From: Podarcis filfolensis
Lineage: Eukaryota
Assembly: GCA_964270895.1 (NCBI GenBank)
Contig: OZ185440.1
Direction: 5' to 3' (one strand)
DNA: 64,000 nucleotides
The notes below the pieces were generated by a model. It was not told the DNA's origin. It saw nothing but the letters and a program-made list of their open reading frames with translations, and made no database searches. How positions within the stretch are numbered: position 1 is the stretch's first letter; every line of letters starts with the position of its first letter. Below, piece by piece: positions 62,931-64,000 of the stretch. A program made the translations under genes and the position numbers.

Positions 62931-64000
62931 GACTGATGAAACGAAACTACCAGAGTGCAAGAATGTGGGGTGGATTATTGAATCTCCAGGTTTTGTGCAT
63001 TTTCACAATGCCACTATCGTTTCTTTCACTGAACCTGCGCTCGGGCTGCGACACCTCTGCACCTTTTACTTTGCCCCACCTCGCAGCCCAGAGTGATCAC
63101 AGATGCATTGTGAAGCAGCAGAATTTGACAAAACAAAATACATTTCTCTCGGCTACACAATCTTTGATGTGTTTGTATTACATGCAGCTCTTAGTCCATC
63201 CATATGCAGTCAGCGACTACAGAAATACTGAGCAAATCATATTTCGCCTGTAAACAGATAATTCTGAAATCTTTCAGTGATTATATCAGCTGTATTTCTT
63301 ACACTAGAATCGGCAAGATAAGATCAGAACATGTCCCTCTTTCTATTTTAGCACAGTGCTTCGAGAAGGGCCTGGCCTTGGTAAATCTTTGAGCCTGAGC
63401 ACCATGCCTGCGCTGTTAAGACACCACAGCAGGTAGAGAAATAGCCTGCCTGTGAAACGCTTCAGTTAATTGGAAAACAGGCTTTCTGAACCATTTAGTA
63501 AATCCAATTTAATTAAATGTCATCACAGACTGAGAGTATTTTCATAAAATACACATTCTTCTACTTCTGATGATAAGGAAGTGACTCGAGTATTAAGGTT
63601 TACATTTCAGCAGCATAAGATGCCACACATATTTTTTTTAAGAAGCTATTTGTGTGAGGTAGAAAGGGGAAAGTCTATTGCTTGAGTGTCATAATTTTGT
63701 CATTTTGCCCCTAGTTAGTCAATACAAAGTGATCCCAGCGTGTGAGATCAAGGGAAGTATTTGGGCTTTGGGGGAACCTTCCTTCAGATTCCATAACCTG
63801 GATCTGAAACCCATTCCCCAAATCACAAGTGCCATGTCCTGTGAGAAACATCTGTACATTCCTCTAGGACCATCATGAGTGCCTTTTTAACAATATCTGT
63901 GATATCACTGAGGATTAGGCACAATCCTGTGACTCATCTCCATAGCTACAGTTTATATCAGTGAGTGAGTGCTGACTTGATTTATCACACAAGTTCTCAT

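Noticed and set aside
60855-64000. The next AGBL4 exon
   Set aside because: No candidate with convincing splice sites and recognisable translation; it may be very short or beyond the window.

Overview
Vertebrate genomic DNA from a squamate reptile, probably a lacertid lizard. This is inferred from Sauria SINE, BovB, CR1, L2, Penelope and MITE sequences recognised from memory of repeat consensuses; no database search was run. The window is almost entirely intronic sequence of AGBL4 (cytosolic carboxypeptidase 6, + strand). Two coding exons are present: 9683-9845 (SSTSFNRDAVKAGTGRRFLGGLLDDTSYCYTLEVSFYSYIVGGTTSTVPYTEET) and 60758-60854 (YMKLGRNVARTFLDYYRLNSITERPLAPISST). They are joined in frame by a 50,912-nt intron with minor-spliceosome (U12-type, GT-AG) signatures: donor GTATCCTTT, branch site TTCTCCTTAAT with the branch A 14 nt from the end, and no polypyrimidine tract. 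Major-type (U2) splice sites lie just inside both ends of this intron (58 and 56 nt in), a twintron-like layout whose product would carry a premature stop. The intron also holds Penelope-like fragments with minimal hammerhead-ribozyme motifs (one sense to the pre-mRNA), a solo LTR, LINE fragments, many MITEs, CTCF-like motifs and several candidate conserved non-coding blocks. Just after the second exon, a hAT MITE is nested in a Sauria SINE. Nearly all ORFs in the supplied track are spurious or repeat-derived.
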